The notes: generated from the letters alone by a model not told the origin. A DNA stretch of 64,000 nucleotides from Candidatus Alkanophaga liquidiphilum (GCA_029259535.1 JAPHEF010000002.1:11308-75307), one strand, 5' to 3'; numbered from the stretch's first letter, positions 37,395 through 47,711 are shown. Made by a program: numbers and translations.

Positions 37395-38667
37395 CTCGGT
37401 CTAAGTTGAACAGCGAAAGCATCAAAAATTTTGTGTAGTTCAGCAAGTCTTCGAGGCGGACATTTTCGTTGGGAGCGTGCGCATTGCTCTCGACGGAGCG
37501 TCCGACGCCGAACGCACATGCCTTCTGCCCCGTCTTCTGAACGGCGTAAGCGACATCTAAACTCCCTTGCACTCCGATGACATCCATTTCTCTGCGGAAA
37601 GCCGCTGAAGCGTTCCGCCGCACCTCCCTCACGAAGCTCTCGCTTGGTTCTGTGAACATCGGCGGATAAAGGGGCTTAAACCGCCATCTCGCCCGTATCC
37701 CGTGCTTCTCAGTCGCCTTTTTGAAACACTCCTCAAGCTCCCGTAAAACTTCCTCAAGCCGCTCCTCCGGGAGATATCTGCGGTCGCCCCGCAGCTCGCA
37801 ACGCTCAGGGACCACGTTCTCCTTAATACCCGCATTTATCATCGTGACGTTAAACACCGCCCGCATGCGTTCGACGCCCGCAAGCTCCCTCAAAAACTGG
37901 CTACAAGGAATTTTCGAGGTTCGCCGCTCAACGACTCCCTTCAGCCGCAACAGCTCGTTCAGTAGCAAGTTCGCCTTCTCTATGGCGTTTTCCCCTATAA
38001 AAGAGAATGAACTATGGCAGGACCTGCCAAAAACCCTCGCTTCCCAGACAATAACGCCGTTCGTCGCCACGCAGACGCCATCGTTGTCCCCATCCATGCA
38101 TAAAAAGTATTTCCCGGTGAGGAACCCTGCATCCGCAAGATAGCAAAGCCCCGAATACGGGCCCACCTCCTCATCAGTAGTCAAAGCTACCTCCAAATCG
38201 TATTTCTGCTCAAGTTCTAACTCCTCAGTAATGCTTAGTGCCGTTAAAAGGCATGCCACCGCACCCTTAGAATCAGCGACGCCACGCCCGTAAATCTTAT
38301 CATCACGCACCGTCGCCTCGAAAGGGTCAGTGCGCCAGCCGCCGCCCGCAGGCACGACGTCCAAATGCGTATAAATAGTAAGGCGCTCTCTCGCTTTCGT
38401 GCCGCCCGTGACGTCACGCCGAGCCAGCAGGTTCACCCGCTCGCCCCGCAGGCACTCCTGCTTCTGCCTCACCTCGTAAACGTCCTGCGGCATTTTAATC
38501 TTCTCGCATTTAAAACCAAGAGCCCCCAATCCCGAAATAAGAAAATCCACAATCTCCTCATAATTCTCGCCCGGCGGCACGTCCGTCCGAATCGCTACGA
38601 GCTCTTTCAGCAAATTTAGCAACTCGTCCTCCCTCTTTTTTATTTCCTCATTTATTTGCATCGGCAT
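37387..38667 (-). CDS. M20-family metallopeptidase (ArgE/DapE/acetylornithine deacetylase-like)
   Basis: M20 motifs ([24 protein letters not shown]) and dimerisation domain. Start chosen at MPMQINEE; the longer ORF reaching 38745 would run through the rpl18e promoter. Confidence 0.75.
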   Translation of the reverse strand: MPMQINEEIKKREDELLNLLKELVAIRTDVPPGENYEEIVDFLISGLGALGFKCEKIKMPQDVYEVRQKQECLRGERVNLLARRDVTGGTKARERLTIYTHLDVVPAGGGWRTDPFEATVRDDKIYGRGVADSKGAVACLLTALSITEELELEQKYDLEVALTTDEEVGPYSGLCYLADAGFLTGKYFLCMDGDNDGVCVATNGVIVWEARVFGRSCHSSFSFIGENAIEKANLLLNELLRLKGVVERRTSKIPCSQFLRELAGVERMRAVFNVTMINAGIKENVVPERCELRGDRRYLPEERLEEVLRELEECFKKATEKHGIRARWRFKPLYPPMFTEPSESFVREVRRNASAAFRREMDVIGVQGSLDVAYAVQKTGQKACAFGVGRSVESNAHAPNENVRLEDLLNYTKFLMLSLFNLDRDD

Positions 38668-38744
38668 GTAGCTACTTTGATGCCCAATTATCTTGTAGTT
38701 AGCGCTTGCAGCAGGGAGTTTCAATTCTCTCAACGTCACGAACA

Positions 38745-38781
38745 CAATATTTATATATCTGCATCGCTTCAGGGAAAAGTG
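38745..38781 (+). promoter_or_regulatory. Archaeal TATA-box promoter of the rpl18e operon
   Basis: TTTATATAT at 38750-38758, about 26 nt upstream of ATG 38782, consistent with a leaderless transcript. Confidence 0.5.
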
Positions 38782-39150
38782 ATGCGGAGAAGGCGGCGAG
38801 TCTTAAGTAAGAACATCAGGACGGTGCGGTTGATAGAGGAGCTGAAGAAGAAGGCGAAGGAGGAAGGCGTGGCGCTCTGGAAGGATGTTGCGGAGCGTCT
38901 TGAAAAGCCACGCCGCAGATATGCGGAGGTGAACCTCAGTAAGATAAACAGGTATTCCAAGGACGACGAAATAATTTTAGTGCCCGGCAAGGTGCTGGGC
39001 AGCGGCAAGCTTGAGCGTAAGGTCGCAGTCGCCGCTCTCAGCTTCAGCAAAAGCGCTTATGAGAGCATAAACGCCGTCGGAAGGTGCATGAGCATAGAAG
39101 AACTCATGAAGGAGAATCCTGAGGGTTCAAACGTGCGGATAATAGCATAG
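38782..39150 (+). CDS. rpl18e: 50S ribosomal protein L18e
   Basis: [40 protein letters not shown]... is a typical L18e sequence. First gene of the conserved archaeal L18e-L13-S9-RpoN-RpoK cluster. Confidence 0.85.
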   Translation: MRRRRRVLSKNIRTVRLIEELKKKAKEEGVALWKDVAERLEKPRRRYAEVNLSKINRYSKDDEIILVPGKVLGSGKLERKVAVAALSFSKSAYESINAVGRCMSIEELMKENPEGSNVRIIA

Positions 39151-39160
39151 GGGTGCTGAG

Positions 39161-39628
39161 ATGGCAGATGCGGGCGAGGAGAAGGTAATAGATGCCGACG
39201 GGCACATCTTGGGTAGGTTGGCGAGTGTCGTTGCGAAGCGTCTGCTAAACGGCGAGTGGATTACGATAGTGAATGCTGAAAAGGCGGTGATTAGCGGCTC
39301 TCGCAAGATGGTGCTTGCCACTTATAAAAAAAAGTGGGACCGAGGGTCAAAAGAAAAGGGACCATATTTCCCAAGGATGCCGGATAGGATTTTAAGAAGA
39401 ACAATAAGGGGCATGCTTCCTTATAAACAAGCAAAGGGTAAGAAAGCGTTTTCAAGGCTCCGTGTTTATATAGGTGTGCCTGAGGAATATGTTGATAGAC
39501 CCAAAGAAAGGATTGAGGAGGCGGATATGGCAGGGCGGCTTATGCACTTGAAGTTTGTAAGGTTGGGAGAAGTTGCGGAGCATTTGGGATGGATGCCAAA
39601 GGAAGGAGCGTCCGAGCCGAGGGAGTAA
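39161..39628 (+). CDS. rpl13: 50S ribosomal protein L13 (uL13)
   Basis: 155 aa. Typical uL13 N-terminus (VIDADGHILGRLASVVAKRLLNGE). Operon context. Confidence 0.9.
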   Translation: MADAGEEKVIDADGHILGRLASVVAKRLLNGEWITIVNAEKAVISGSRKMVLATYKKKWDRGSKEKGPYFPRMPDRILRRTIRGMLPYKQAKGKKAFSRLRVYIGVPEEYVDRPKERIEEADMAGRLMHLKFVRLGEVAEHLGWMPKEGASEPRE

Positions 39629-39659
39629 TGGCACTAACTAAGCCGAAGGGGTGAGTGTG

Positions 39660-40076
39660 ATGCCTCAGCGGATTGTAAACGCCGTAGGGAAGAAGAAGAC
39701 TGCGGTTGCAAGGGCGACGATAAAAGAGGGGCGAGGGGTAATAAGAATAAATAAAATGGCGCTCGACGCCATACAGCCGGAGGTGGTAAAGGAGAAGATT
39801 TTGGAGCCTATAATGATAGCGTCTGAGATTCTGGACGGAGATATGCCCAAGATTAATATAGAGGTGCGGGTGGAAGGTGGTGGCTTCATGGGGCGTGCCG
39901 AGGCGATAAGGACGGCAATCGCACGGGGGCTTGTGGAGTGGACTGGGAGTGAGACGCTTCGAGAGGCGTTCTTGCGATACGACAGAAACTTACTGATAAG
40001 CGACCCCCGAAGGAAGGAGCCAAAGAAATACGGCGGGCGTGGTGCGAGGGCGAGGCGACAGAAATCTTACAGGTGA
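39660..40076 (+). CDS. rps9: 30S ribosomal protein S9 (uS9)
   Basis: The C-terminus ...RRKEPKKYGGRGARARRQKSYR is the uS9 signature. ATG at 39660; the track's GTG at 39651 is also possible. Confidence 0.9.
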   Translation: MPQRIVNAVGKKKTAVARATIKEGRGVIRINKMALDAIQPEVVKEKILEPIMIASEILDGDMPKINIEVRVEGGGFMGRAEAIRTAIARGLVEWTGSETLREAFLRYDRNLLISDPRRKEPKKYGGRGARARRQKSYR

Positions 40077-40094
40077 GAACTTACAGGTGAGATT

Positions 40095-40283
40095 ATGATT
40101 CCGGTGCGGTGTTTCACGTGCGGCAAGGTCATTGCGGACGTCTGGGAAGAGTATAAGGCACGGACTGAACAAGGAGAAGACCCGAAAACAGTGCTTGACG
40201 AGCTTGGCGTTCGTAGATATTGCTGTAGGAGGATGTTGCTGACGCATGCAGAGTTAATAAATGAGATTGTTCCATATTTGTGA
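40095..40283 (+). CDS. rpoN: DNA-directed RNA polymerase subunit N (Rpb10)
   Basis: 62 aa. [13 protein letters not shown]...[14 protein letters not shown] with CxxC..CC zinc motif, as in Rpo10. Confidence 0.9.
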   Translation: MIPVRCFTCGKVIADVWEEYKARTEQGEDPKTVLDELGVRRYCCRRMLLTHAELINEIVPYL

Positions 40284-40358
40284 GGGGTCGTGGGGTAGCC
40301 TGGACCATCCTTCGGCGTTCGGGACGCCGGGACCTGAGTTCGAATCTCAGCGACCCCA
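40284..40358 (+). tRNA. tRNA-Pro (anticodon CGG)
   Basis: 75 nt. Acceptor stem GGGGTCG/CGACCCC with discriminator A. Anticodon stem CGGCG/CGCCG with loop TTCGGGA (U33, anticodon CGG, G37). T-arm GGTTCGAATCC-like (GAGTTCGAATCTC). No encoded CCA. Sits between rpoN and rpoK as in many archaea. Confidence 0.85.
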
Positions 40359-40387
40359 TCATTTACTCCTTTTGCGAGGTTTGCCGC

Positions 40388-40585
40388 TTGACTGGCGAGG
40401 AAAGTTATTTCAAAGGGAAATACACGAAGTATGAGAAGGCGAGGATAATCGGAGCGAGGGCGCTGCAAATCGCAATGGGGGCGCCCGTGCTCATCGAGAC
40501 CAACGAAACCGACCCTATCGAAAATGCGATTATGGAATTCAACCTGGGAGTGATACCAATCACTGTGCGGCGGCGGAAGCATTGA
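40388..40585 (+). CDS. rpoK: DNA-directed RNA polymerase subunit K (Rpb6)
   Basis: ...[24 protein letters not shown]...[21 protein letters not shown] is the Rpo6 signature. The start is probably the TTG at 40388. The track ORF from 40280 runs through the tRNA and is not credible as coding there. Confidence 0.65.
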   Translation: MTGEESYFKGKYTKYEKARIIGARALQIAMGAPVLIETNETDPIENAIMEFNLGVIPITVRRRKH

Positions 40586-40586
40586 C

Positions 40587-41657
40587 ATGCCGACTGGAAG
40601 CAGCAGATACAACAGCAATTATGTATCCAAAAAATGTGCAACCGACTGCGTAGCCAACAAGTGCGTAACGTTCTCAAAAAACGTTTTTATACCGGTAACT
40701 AACGTCTGCCGGAACGACTGCGCCTACTGCGGCTTCAAGGCGAGATGTCCCGAGGATGCTTACCTGCTCAGCGAAGCCGATGTTTTAAGACTTCTACAGA
40801 CGGCACGGCGTAAAGGCGCCGTCGAAGCGCTCTTCACGCTCGGCGAGAAGCCCGAGGACTCAAAGTTTCCTCCTTACAAAAGCTGGCTGAAAGAGCTCGG
40901 CTACGACTCGACGCTTGAGTATTTGCGGGCGCTTTGCGAGCTTGCCATCCATGAAAGCATGCTGCCACACACGAACGCCGGCATTCTCAGCTATGAAGAG
41001 CTGCGTTTTCTGAGGGACGTAAATGCGTCGATGGGCTTGATGCTTGAGACCATCACCTGCGTGCGTGCGCACGAGAGGTCGCCGGGGAAGAAACCAGAAC
41101 TGCGGCTTAAGACTATTGCAGACGCTGGGAAGCTCAGAATACCGTTCACGACGGGAATCCTCGTCGGCATCGGCGAGACGTTTTCGGACATCGTCGCCTC
41201 GCTTGAAGCTATAAAACGGCTTCATGAGAAATACGGGCACATTCAGGAAGTGATAATACAGCCGTTCCGCCCGAAACCGAATACGCCAATGCGCAACGAA
41301 TCGCCGCCAAGCGTCGAGCTGCTGAAGCGAGCGGTAAGTGTCGCCCGCCGAATACTACCGGCGGAGGTTGCCATTCAAATACCGCCGAACCTCGTCCCGC
41401 CAAGGCGGCTGCATGAGTTTCTGGAGCTGGGAGCGTCGGACCTCGGCGGAATCTCCGAAGTTACCTTGGACTTTATCAACCCCGAAGCGGCATGGCCGAG
41501 CGAGAAGGAGCTTGCGACGGCGGTGAAGCCGTTCTTGCTCAGGGAGCGTCTGCCGCTATATCCGAGATTTGTGCAACGAGGCTGGTATAGCGAGACACTT
41601 TCGGCGCTCGTGAAACGACATTCCGACGCTGCGGGATTCAGGCGGAGAGATGCATAG
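40587..41657 (+). CDS. cofG: 7,8-didemethyl-8-hydroxy-5-deazariboflavin (FO) synthase subunit CofG (radical SAM)
   Basis: 356 aa. VTFSKNVFIPVTNVCRNDCAYCGF radical-SAM CxxxCxxC in the CofG-type context. Required for F420 synthesis. Confidence 0.8.
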   Translation: MPTGSSRYNSNYVSKKCATDCVANKCVTFSKNVFIPVTNVCRNDCAYCGFKARCPEDAYLLSEADVLRLLQTARRKGAVEALFTLGEKPEDSKFPPYKSWLKELGYDSTLEYLRALCELAIHESMLPHTNAGILSYEELRFLRDVNASMGLMLETITCVRAHERSPGKKPELRLKTIADAGKLRIPFTTGILVGIGETFSDIVASLEAIKRLHEKYGHIQEVIIQPFRPKPNTPMRNESPPSVELLKRAVSVARRILPAEVAIQIPPNLVPPRRLHEFLELGASDLGGISEVTLDFINPEAAWPSEKELATAVKPFLLRERLPLYPRFVQRGWYSETLSALVKRHSDAAGFRRRDA

Positions 41658-41769
41658 TTAGGCGCTTTACGGCTCTCGGCGTTCAGGACGTGCTGAGCAT
41701 TAGCGTCCGACGCCAGTTCAATGGCGAGTTATTTGACTGATAGGCTATTGAAGTGTAAAGAGAAGCCAA

Positions 41770-41803
41770 TGCTCTTTAAATCTTAAAGCTAATTTATAAA
41801 AAG
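41770..41803 (+). promoter_or_regulatory. TATA-box promoter of the chaperonin gene
   Basis: TTTAAAT at 41775-41782 with a second A/T-rich box (ATTTATAAAA) downstream. About 26 nt to ATG 41808, consistent with a leaderless or short-leader transcript. Confidence 0.4.
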
Positions 41804-41807
41804 AGAC

Positions 41808-43457
41808 ATGGCAAAAATCGAGCTGCCGCCGGGGGAGGTGCCGCCGGAGGAGGTGCAGGAGGCGAACGTTCTGGTATGTGCGGCATTTTCGGAGATGTTC
41901 AAGCCGATGCTCGGACCATTAGGCTCGAAAAAGCTCATAATGAAGGGCGCCTTAGAGGGCAAGGCGCCAGACCTTGTTGCGAATAACGCTTATGCCATTA
42001 TAAGGGAGCTGAAATATGGGCATCCGACTGCAGATTTGATAATAGAGGCAGGATTGTCACAGGGGCAAGACGCCGGCGACGGCGTCGCTACGGTCCTCAT
42101 TTTAATCGGCGAGCTTGTCAAGCGTGGCTACGAGCTTAAACTCAGCGGCGTCCACCAGAACACGATAGTCAGTGGCTACGAGAAGGCGCTCAAAGAGACT
42201 TTTAAGATTTTGGATGAGATGGCAAGGACCGTGGACGTCAACAGCGATGGCATCCTGGAGAACGTAGCACTTTCTGCGTTGAAAAAGAGCGACTATTGGG
42301 ACGAACGTAAGCTCGCTGAGATAATAGTGCGAAGCGTTCGTAGGATTGAGGACGTGCGTCCGATAGACGTGGACGACGTGACGCTCGTCTCGCAGACCGG
42401 CGCCGCCGTCTACGACACGAAGTTCTTCGACGGCGTAGTTGTGGACCGCGAAGTTCTTGGAGACCTGCCGAAACGCATAGAGGGCGCAAAAATAGCGCTG
42501 CTCGACTACCCTATCGAACACAAGGAGCCGAAGTCGAAGGTGCGGCGTGCAGGACGCCAGCAGGACGTTTACGTGAAGATAACGGCGCCATCACAGCTCT
42601 CAGCCTTCATGAGGCAACGAAGAGCGCTCTTCGAAGAGATTGTCGAGCGTGTTGTTGAGAGCGGCGCCAATGTTCTGTGCTGCCAGCAGGGCGTTGACGA
42701 CGAGGCTTTGGACCTTTTCAGGGACGCAGGGGTCATGGCATTGAAGCGAGTGAAGAATACAGACCTCAAGCGGCTGAAGCGGGCAACCGGCGCAGACATC
42801 GTGAAGAACGTCGAAGACTTGACGCCTGAGAAGCTCGGATACGCAGAGCTCGTCCATGAGGTCGAGGTGGGCAATGAGAAATACGTATTTTTCGAAGGTT
42901 GCCCCTATCCGAAGGCTTCTGCGATTATTCTGCGAGGGGCGTCCAACAGAGTTTTAGAGGGCGTGGTGAGCCAGGTCAAAAGTGCGCTGCACTGCGTCGC
43001 CGCTACCATCGAGGACGGCAAAGTCTTGCCGGGGGGCGGCGCCGCTGAGATTGAGGTGACAAAACACCTTCGGAAGTTTGCAAACTCGCTTCCGGGCAAG
43101 GAGCAACTCGCCGTCAACGCATTTGCGGACGCTCTCGAGACGATACCGTTGACGCTTGCAAAGAACTGCGGCTTAGACCCCATGGACACGCTCGTCGCGC
43201 TAAGGGCGGAGCATACCGACAGGAACAGAAATGCGGGCATTTCCGCAAAGGAGAAGAAGATAAAGGACGCTTTCGAGACTGGAATTTTTGACCCTTTGAG
43301 GATAAAAAAGAAGGCAATCATGTGCGCGACGTCCGCCGCCATCCAGATACTCAAAATCGAAGACCTCCACATTGCAAAACGCAAAGAGGAAAGGAAACTC
43401 GACATCGAAAAGGAAGCGCCAGAGTTTAGGTTTAAGGGCGGGAGGATTAAATATTAG
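41808..43457 (+). CDS. Group II chaperonin (thermosome/Cpn60-TCP1 family), divergent
   Basis: 549 aa. Equatorial-domain motifs present but altered: LGPLGSKKLIM where LGPKGMDKML is expected, and GDGVATV where GDGTTT is expected. C-terminal half typical (VLPGGGAAEIE..., GIFDPLRIKK). Confidence 0.75.
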   Translation: MAKIELPPGEVPPEEVQEANVLVCAAFSEMFKPMLGPLGSKKLIMKGALEGKAPDLVANNAYAIIRELKYGHPTADLIIEAGLSQGQDAGDGVATVLILIGELVKRGYELKLSGVHQNTIVSGYEKALKETFKILDEMARTVDVNSDGILENVALSALKKSDYWDERKLAEIIVRSVRRIEDVRPIDVDDVTLVSQTGAAVYDTKFFDGVVVDREVLGDLPKRIEGAKIALLDYPIEHKEPKSKVRRAGRQQDVYVKITAPSQLSAFMRQRRALFEEIVERVVESGANVLCCQQGVDDEALDLFRDAGVMALKRVKNTDLKRLKRATGADIVKNVEDLTPEKLGYAELVHEVEVGNEKYVFFEGCPYPKASAIILRGASNRVLEGVVSQVKSALHCVAATIEDGKVLPGGGAAEIEVTKHLRKFANSLPGKEQLAVNAFADALETIPLTLAKNCGLDPMDTLVALRAEHTDRNRNAGISAKEKKIKDAFETGIFDPLRIKKKAIMCATSAAIQILKIEDLHIAKRKEERKLDIEKEAPEFRFKGGRIKY

Positions 43458-43512
43458 TCCCTTACCTTAGACGCACCTGTGCAGAGTGTTTGCCACTGCT
43501 GCATGCGTGGGG

Positions 43513-45312
43513 TCAGGCGATTTCTTGTATAATTCTCGCATACGCGGGTCTTGTAATGAGCACGCCTATCAGTATTCCGACGATGGTAATGATTGCAAAG
43601 CCACGGAGCGTGCCGAGCGCCATGAGCGCTAAAGCGAGCATCGCAACCGCCGTCGTAGCCGCAGATGCGAATATTATGTTGAAAGCCTCAGCGACCCGTC
43701 GCAGGTAGACCTTTACGGGCGTTTTTCCCTTTTTCTTTTGCGTCGGTGGCGTTGCAGCGGCGCCGCTTAAAACTTCGTCGGTGATTATGACAAGCTGGTC
43801 GACGCCGGTTCCGATGACTGCGATGATGCCGGCGACACTTGGCAGATCGAGCTGCCAGCCGGTGGCAGCTGCGAAGCCCAGAATGATAATGACCTCGCAA
43901 ATTAACGTCATAAGCATCGGGAGCACGATCCGCCCATTCCGATAACGCACGTAAACAACAAGCGCCACGAGCATGAAGGCAAGAGCGGCGGCGAGAGCTG
44001 CCTCTCGGCGGAACTTCTCGCCGAGCGGCGCCGGAACTTCGCCCGAGCCTATGATTTCAACGGGCACGGGCAACGCCCCTGCCTTCAGGTGGATTATCAG
44101 CTCCTTTGCTGCCCGTCGCCCATCTTCGCCCTCACCGGTCTCCGCAATCAAGTTATAAACGGGACGTGTCTTCAGCTCGTTTGCGAGGTCTGAAGAAAGC
44201 GGCGCACTGTATATTACAACATCGTCAAGAAGCATCGCAAGCTCGTGACGCTCAGGGTCATCCACCGCTCCGTATTTTATGCATGCATCCTGCAGGGCGG
44301 CGGCGCCCTCCCTCGTCAACGTGAATGGCGCACCCCAACGCTCGACGTCGTCGCTACGTCGCTGCTGCGGTATGGCGCTGACGCTCGCAATACCCTCGTC
44401 GCCGTAAAGAACGTGCACCGTTATGTTTTTGATTTCTTCGAGCCGCATGCCCTTCTTGATTTCGCCAGCCTCACCTGCCGTCTGTATTCTTATCTCGAAC
44501 TTTCCGGGCTTCCCGATGAGCTTACGGGCGGTTGCTATGTCCACGCCTGCGAGGTCTATCAGGATTATGTCGGTGCCGACCGTCCTTATCGGAATATCCC
44601 GCAGCCCCAGCATGTTAAGCTTCGTCTCCATGATTTCCTTCGCCAAATCCCTCGTTCCGGGCGTCACGCCCTCCACAAAAAATTCCATGCCACGCTCGTC
44701 ACGCCCGATGCTCGCATTCACAGCATCAAGCACGTTCTCCAGCTCTTCCTTCGAAACGAGCTTCCTTATTTCGTAAATCTCGACGCCTCGATAAACTGCA
44801 GGCTCAACATCTGCACCCAATGCATCCTCCAAATACCTTGTCACGACATAGCCCTCATCTGCCGTTATCGTAATTCTCGTGATGTTTCCAGTTTCCGTGA
44901 CATTTTCCGGCGGCGCCGATAACCGCTCGATGGAAATGCTGCCGATATTCAGCGCTTCAAGCTCTTCATTGGTTAGAATTGCCGCAGTCTCAAGAACCAC
45001 AGCGGTCTCGTTCTCTGCCACTATTTCTACGGATGTGTTCTCGCCTCTCCCCCTCAAAAGTCCCAGAATCTCGTGTTTTATAATTTCGCCTTTGTCTGCT
45101 TCAACCTTCACGAGAACGCCCTCAAGCTTCAGTTGCAAGTAGGAGCCGCCGACTAAATCCAAACCAAATTTCAGGTTCCCGTTAGTGCCTGCCCCTACGG
45201 GTGGCGGCGGATAAACGTAAATCACGAACAACGACAATAACACAAAAACCAAGAAAACCAACACCCGCACATCTCTAAGCAAGCCGCCACGCTCACTTAC
45301 CACGCCGCACAC
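43513..45312 (-). CDS. secD: Protein-export membrane protein SecD
   Basis: 599 aa. N-terminal TM, large extracytoplasmic domain, and C-terminal 6-TM SecD/F core (GLDLVGGS..., VGTGVDQLVIITDE). Confidence 0.8.
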   Translation of the reverse strand: MCGVVSERGGLLRDVRVLVFLVFVLLSLFVIYVYPPPPVGAGTNGNLKFGLDLVGGSYLQLKLEGVLVKVEADKGEIIKHEILGLLRGRGENTSVEIVAENETAVVLETAAILTNEELEALNIGSISIERLSAPPENVTETGNITRITITADEGYVVTRYLEDALGADVEPAVYRGVEIYEIRKLVSKEELENVLDAVNASIGRDERGMEFFVEGVTPGTRDLAKEIMETKLNMLGLRDIPIRTVGTDIILIDLAGVDIATARKLIGKPGKFEIRIQTAGEAGEIKKGMRLEEIKNITVHVLYGDEGIASVSAIPQQRRSDDVERWGAPFTLTREGAAALQDACIKYGAVDDPERHELAMLLDDVVIYSAPLSSDLANELKTRPVYNLIAETGEGEDGRRAAKELIIHLKAGALPVPVEIIGSGEVPAPLGEKFRREAALAAALAFMLVALVVYVRYRNGRIVLPMLMTLICEVIIILGFAAATGWQLDLPSVAGIIAVIGTGVDQLVIITDEVLSGAAATPPTQKKKGKTPVKVYLRRVAEAFNIIFASAATTAVAMLALALMALGTLRGFAIITIVGILIGVLITRPAYARIIQEIA

Positions 45313-46303
45313 CTCCCCTTTGCGGCTTTGCCGCCTTCTCTACTCTCGCTGTTTTTGCGTCCTTCCGCCGCTCTGCAGGCGCACGAGCAGCCGCCCGTTC
45401 GCCAAGATAAAAGCGGAGGACGCCGGCGTTGAACATCCATGTGTTCATCAAGTCTGCAAAAAGCCCGAAGATGAGCACGATGGAAATATCTCTGAGCAGC
45501 GGTATCGGCGCATAGTATTCCGAAAACAAGGACATGCACGCTGCCACGACGAACATTGCGAAGACGGCAGAAAGCGTCGTCGAGGTCATGGTCAGCCCTG
45601 TTCGCATTGCTTCCTTTAATCTCTCAAGAACCTTCAGCATACCGCTTTTCTTACTCCTACCCGTCACGGGACTTGAGCGTAAGAGTTTTGTCGTCAGGAG
45701 TATGTTGCTGTCCACGGAGTAGCCGATGAGCATGAGAAGCGCAGCGACCGTTCCCAAGGAAAGCTCTAAACGCACTAAATTCAAGCATGCAGCCGCGATT
45801 ATGATGTCGGACACTGCGCAGAAAACGATTGCTGCGGCGGGCACGGGCGTTCTGAAAACTATGAAAATGACGATCGCCATCAGCAAGAACGCAATCACGA
45901 GCGCTTTGACCGTTTGTGCTTGTGCTTCCTTGCCGAACAGCGGACTTACGTCCTTTATTTCGTAATCGGGGTAGCTGGTGACGAGCTGGATGAGTTTCTC
46001 CTTCTCCTCATTGCTCATCGGTCCGAACTGCAAGATTTTCTCGTCGCCTGCCTCTCGGATGATGACGTTCGGGAACTCTGAGAATTTTGCAAGGAGTTCG
46101 TCTTTGCTCTCCGCCGTCGTGATTCTCACGAGTGTGCCGCCCGTGAAGTCCATGCCGAGCTTGACTGGCGTCCCGAAGGCGAGTTGTGAATATGCAAGCA
46201 CGCTCGCCGCCAGCAGCAACACAATTAACGGGACCACAACGAGCCTCTTTGCGTCAAACCCCGTAACCCTCTCGACTACAGCGTCCAGCAGCGGCATCGG
46301 CAC
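45293..46303 (-). CDS. secF: Protein-export membrane protein SecF
   Basis: 336 aa. MDFTGGT motif, 6 TM helices. Overlaps secD by 20 bp. Confidence 0.8.
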   Translation of the reverse strand: MPMPLLDAVVERVTGFDAKRLVVVPLIVLLLAASVLAYSQLAFGTPVKLGMDFTGGTLVRITTAESKDELLAKFSEFPNVIIREAGDEKILQFGPMSNEEKEKLIQLVTSYPDYEIKDVSPLFGKEAQAQTVKALVIAFLLMAIVIFIVFRTPVPAAAIVFCAVSDIIIAAACLNLVRLELSLGTVAALLMLIGYSVDSNILLTTKLLRSSPVTGRSKKSGMLKVLERLKEAMRTGLTMTSTTLSAVFAMFVVAACMSLFSEYYAPIPLLRDISIVLIFGLFADLMNTWMFNAGVLRFYLGERAAARAPAERRKDAKTARVEKAAKPQRGGVRRGK

Positions 46304-46316
46304 TTCCCTCTAAAGG

Positions 46317-47480
46317 CTACACAACTCCTTCTTCTTTCAGCTTTTTCATCTCATCCTCGCTGTAACCTAATTCCCTTAAAATCTCGTCGGTATGCTCGCC
46401 GAGCACCGGCGGCGGCGTTCTTATTTCACGACAGTCAAATCCCGAAAATCTTATCGGGAAAACTATTTGTTTCAGCTTTTCTCCCTGCCGCTCTATTTCT
46501 GTGAGCAGACCACGATGTTTGATCTGGGGGTCTGAAAATACTTCGTTCAGCCTGTAAACAGGGGCGCACGGCACCTCTGCCGCCCTCAAAATGCGCACCC
46601 ACTCGTCCCTGCTTTTCTCCTTGAAGATGCGTCGTAATTCATTCAAAACGAGCTCCCGCCGCTCGCCTTTCGCATACTGGTCGTTGATAAGGTCGTTACG
46701 GCGGAGCACCTTGCATAGATTCTCCCAGAACCACGTCTCGACGATGCCAAGTGAGATATAGCCATCTTTCGTCTCGAAGATGCCGTAACCCAACGAGTCG
46801 CCGACGACGACGTGCTCAGGCATCGTTTCACGGCGGTCTGCGAAGTATGCGGAAAAGTGCATGCTCATCCAAGAAAGGACTCCATCAACCATGGAAACGT
46901 CGATGTAAGTGCCCATCCCCGTCTTTTCTCTGTAAAGTAGCGCCGCCAGTATGGAGAAAGCGGCGAACATCGAGCCACAGAGGTCTGCGATGAGCAAGCT
47001 CGCAGAGCATGGCCTTTCGTTTAAGCCGAGAACGCCCGCATATGATAAATAGTCTATGTTATGCCCGACGACGTCCTTGTAAGGGCCGTCCTGCCCGAAT
47101 CCTGAAATCGAGCAATATATGATCCTGGGGTTTATCTTCTTAACATCCTCGTAGCCAACGCCCAAACGGTCAACGACGCCTGGTCTGAAGCCCTCCATGA
47201 CGACATCCGCACCCTTCGCTAACTTGTAGAATATTTCCTTTCCCTTCTCGGCTTTCAGGTTTAAAGTGATGCTCTTCTTGTTCCTGTTCATTCCCAAGAA
47301 GCCCGCCCCTTCCCCTTTTACGAGCGGCGGGAGCCTCCTTGCATAATCGCCGCCGCCCTTCCGCTCAACTTTTATGACCTCAGCGCCGAGGTCTGCGAGT
47401 AGCATCGAACAATAGGGTCCTGGGAGGAACTGCGTCAAGTCTATGATTCTAACTCCCTCTAAAGGACGTTTCGCCGACAT
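46317..47480 (-). CDS. Family III CoA-transferase (CaiB/BaiF family)
   Basis: 387 aa. VRIIDLTQFLPGPYCSMLLADLGAEVIKVE is the family-III CoA-transferase N-terminus, and the catalytic Asp region is conserved. Confidence 0.85.
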   Translation of the reverse strand: MSAKRPLEGVRIIDLTQFLPGPYCSMLLADLGAEVIKVERKGGGDYARRLPPLVKGEGAGFLGMNRNKKSITLNLKAEKGKEIFYKLAKGADVVMEGFRPGVVDRLGVGYEDVKKINPRIIYCSISGFGQDGPYKDVVGHNIDYLSYAGVLGLNERPCSASLLIADLCGSMFAAFSILAALLYREKTGMGTYIDVSMVDGVLSWMSMHFSAYFADRRETMPEHVVVGDSLGYGIFETKDGYISLGIVETWFWENLCKVLRRNDLINDQYAKGERRELVLNELRRIFKEKSRDEWVRILRAAEVPCAPVYRLNEVFSDPQIKHRGLLTEIERQGEKLKQIVFPIRFSGFDCREIRTPPPVLGEHTDEILRELGYSEDEMKKLKEEGVV

Positions 47481-47489
47481 TTTTCGCCA

Positions 47490-47711
47490 CTACTCACTAC
47501 CGGTGTCCGCAGCCGCCGCTTCCTTCTTTTCTCTTAACCTGTCTCTGACGTCACTCACGCCTATCATCAGGAAAATAACGCCGACGAGCAGCACTGCAAC
47601 GCCCACGACGCCCTCCAGCACCATTAAAAATTGCTGCCTGAACACATAGATGCCAAAGGCGCCGAGCGCCATCAAAAGCAGCCCGCCCAAGAGGCTTGCA
47701 TACGGGTTCAT
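47490..47711 (-). CDS. Small membrane protein (2 TM)
   Basis: 73 aa with two hydrophobic helices. 10 bp upstream of the CoA-transferase gene on the same strand. Confidence 0.45.
   Translation of the reverse strand: MNPYASLLGGLLLMALGAFGIYVFRQQFLMVLEGVVGVAVLLVGVIFLMIGVSDVRDRLREKKEAAAADTGSE

Noticed and set aside
40280-40387. 5' extension of the rpoK ORF (101-aa track ORF)
   Set aside because: The extension runs straight through the tRNA-Pro gene. The conserved Rpo6 sequence begins only after the in-frame TTG at 40388.
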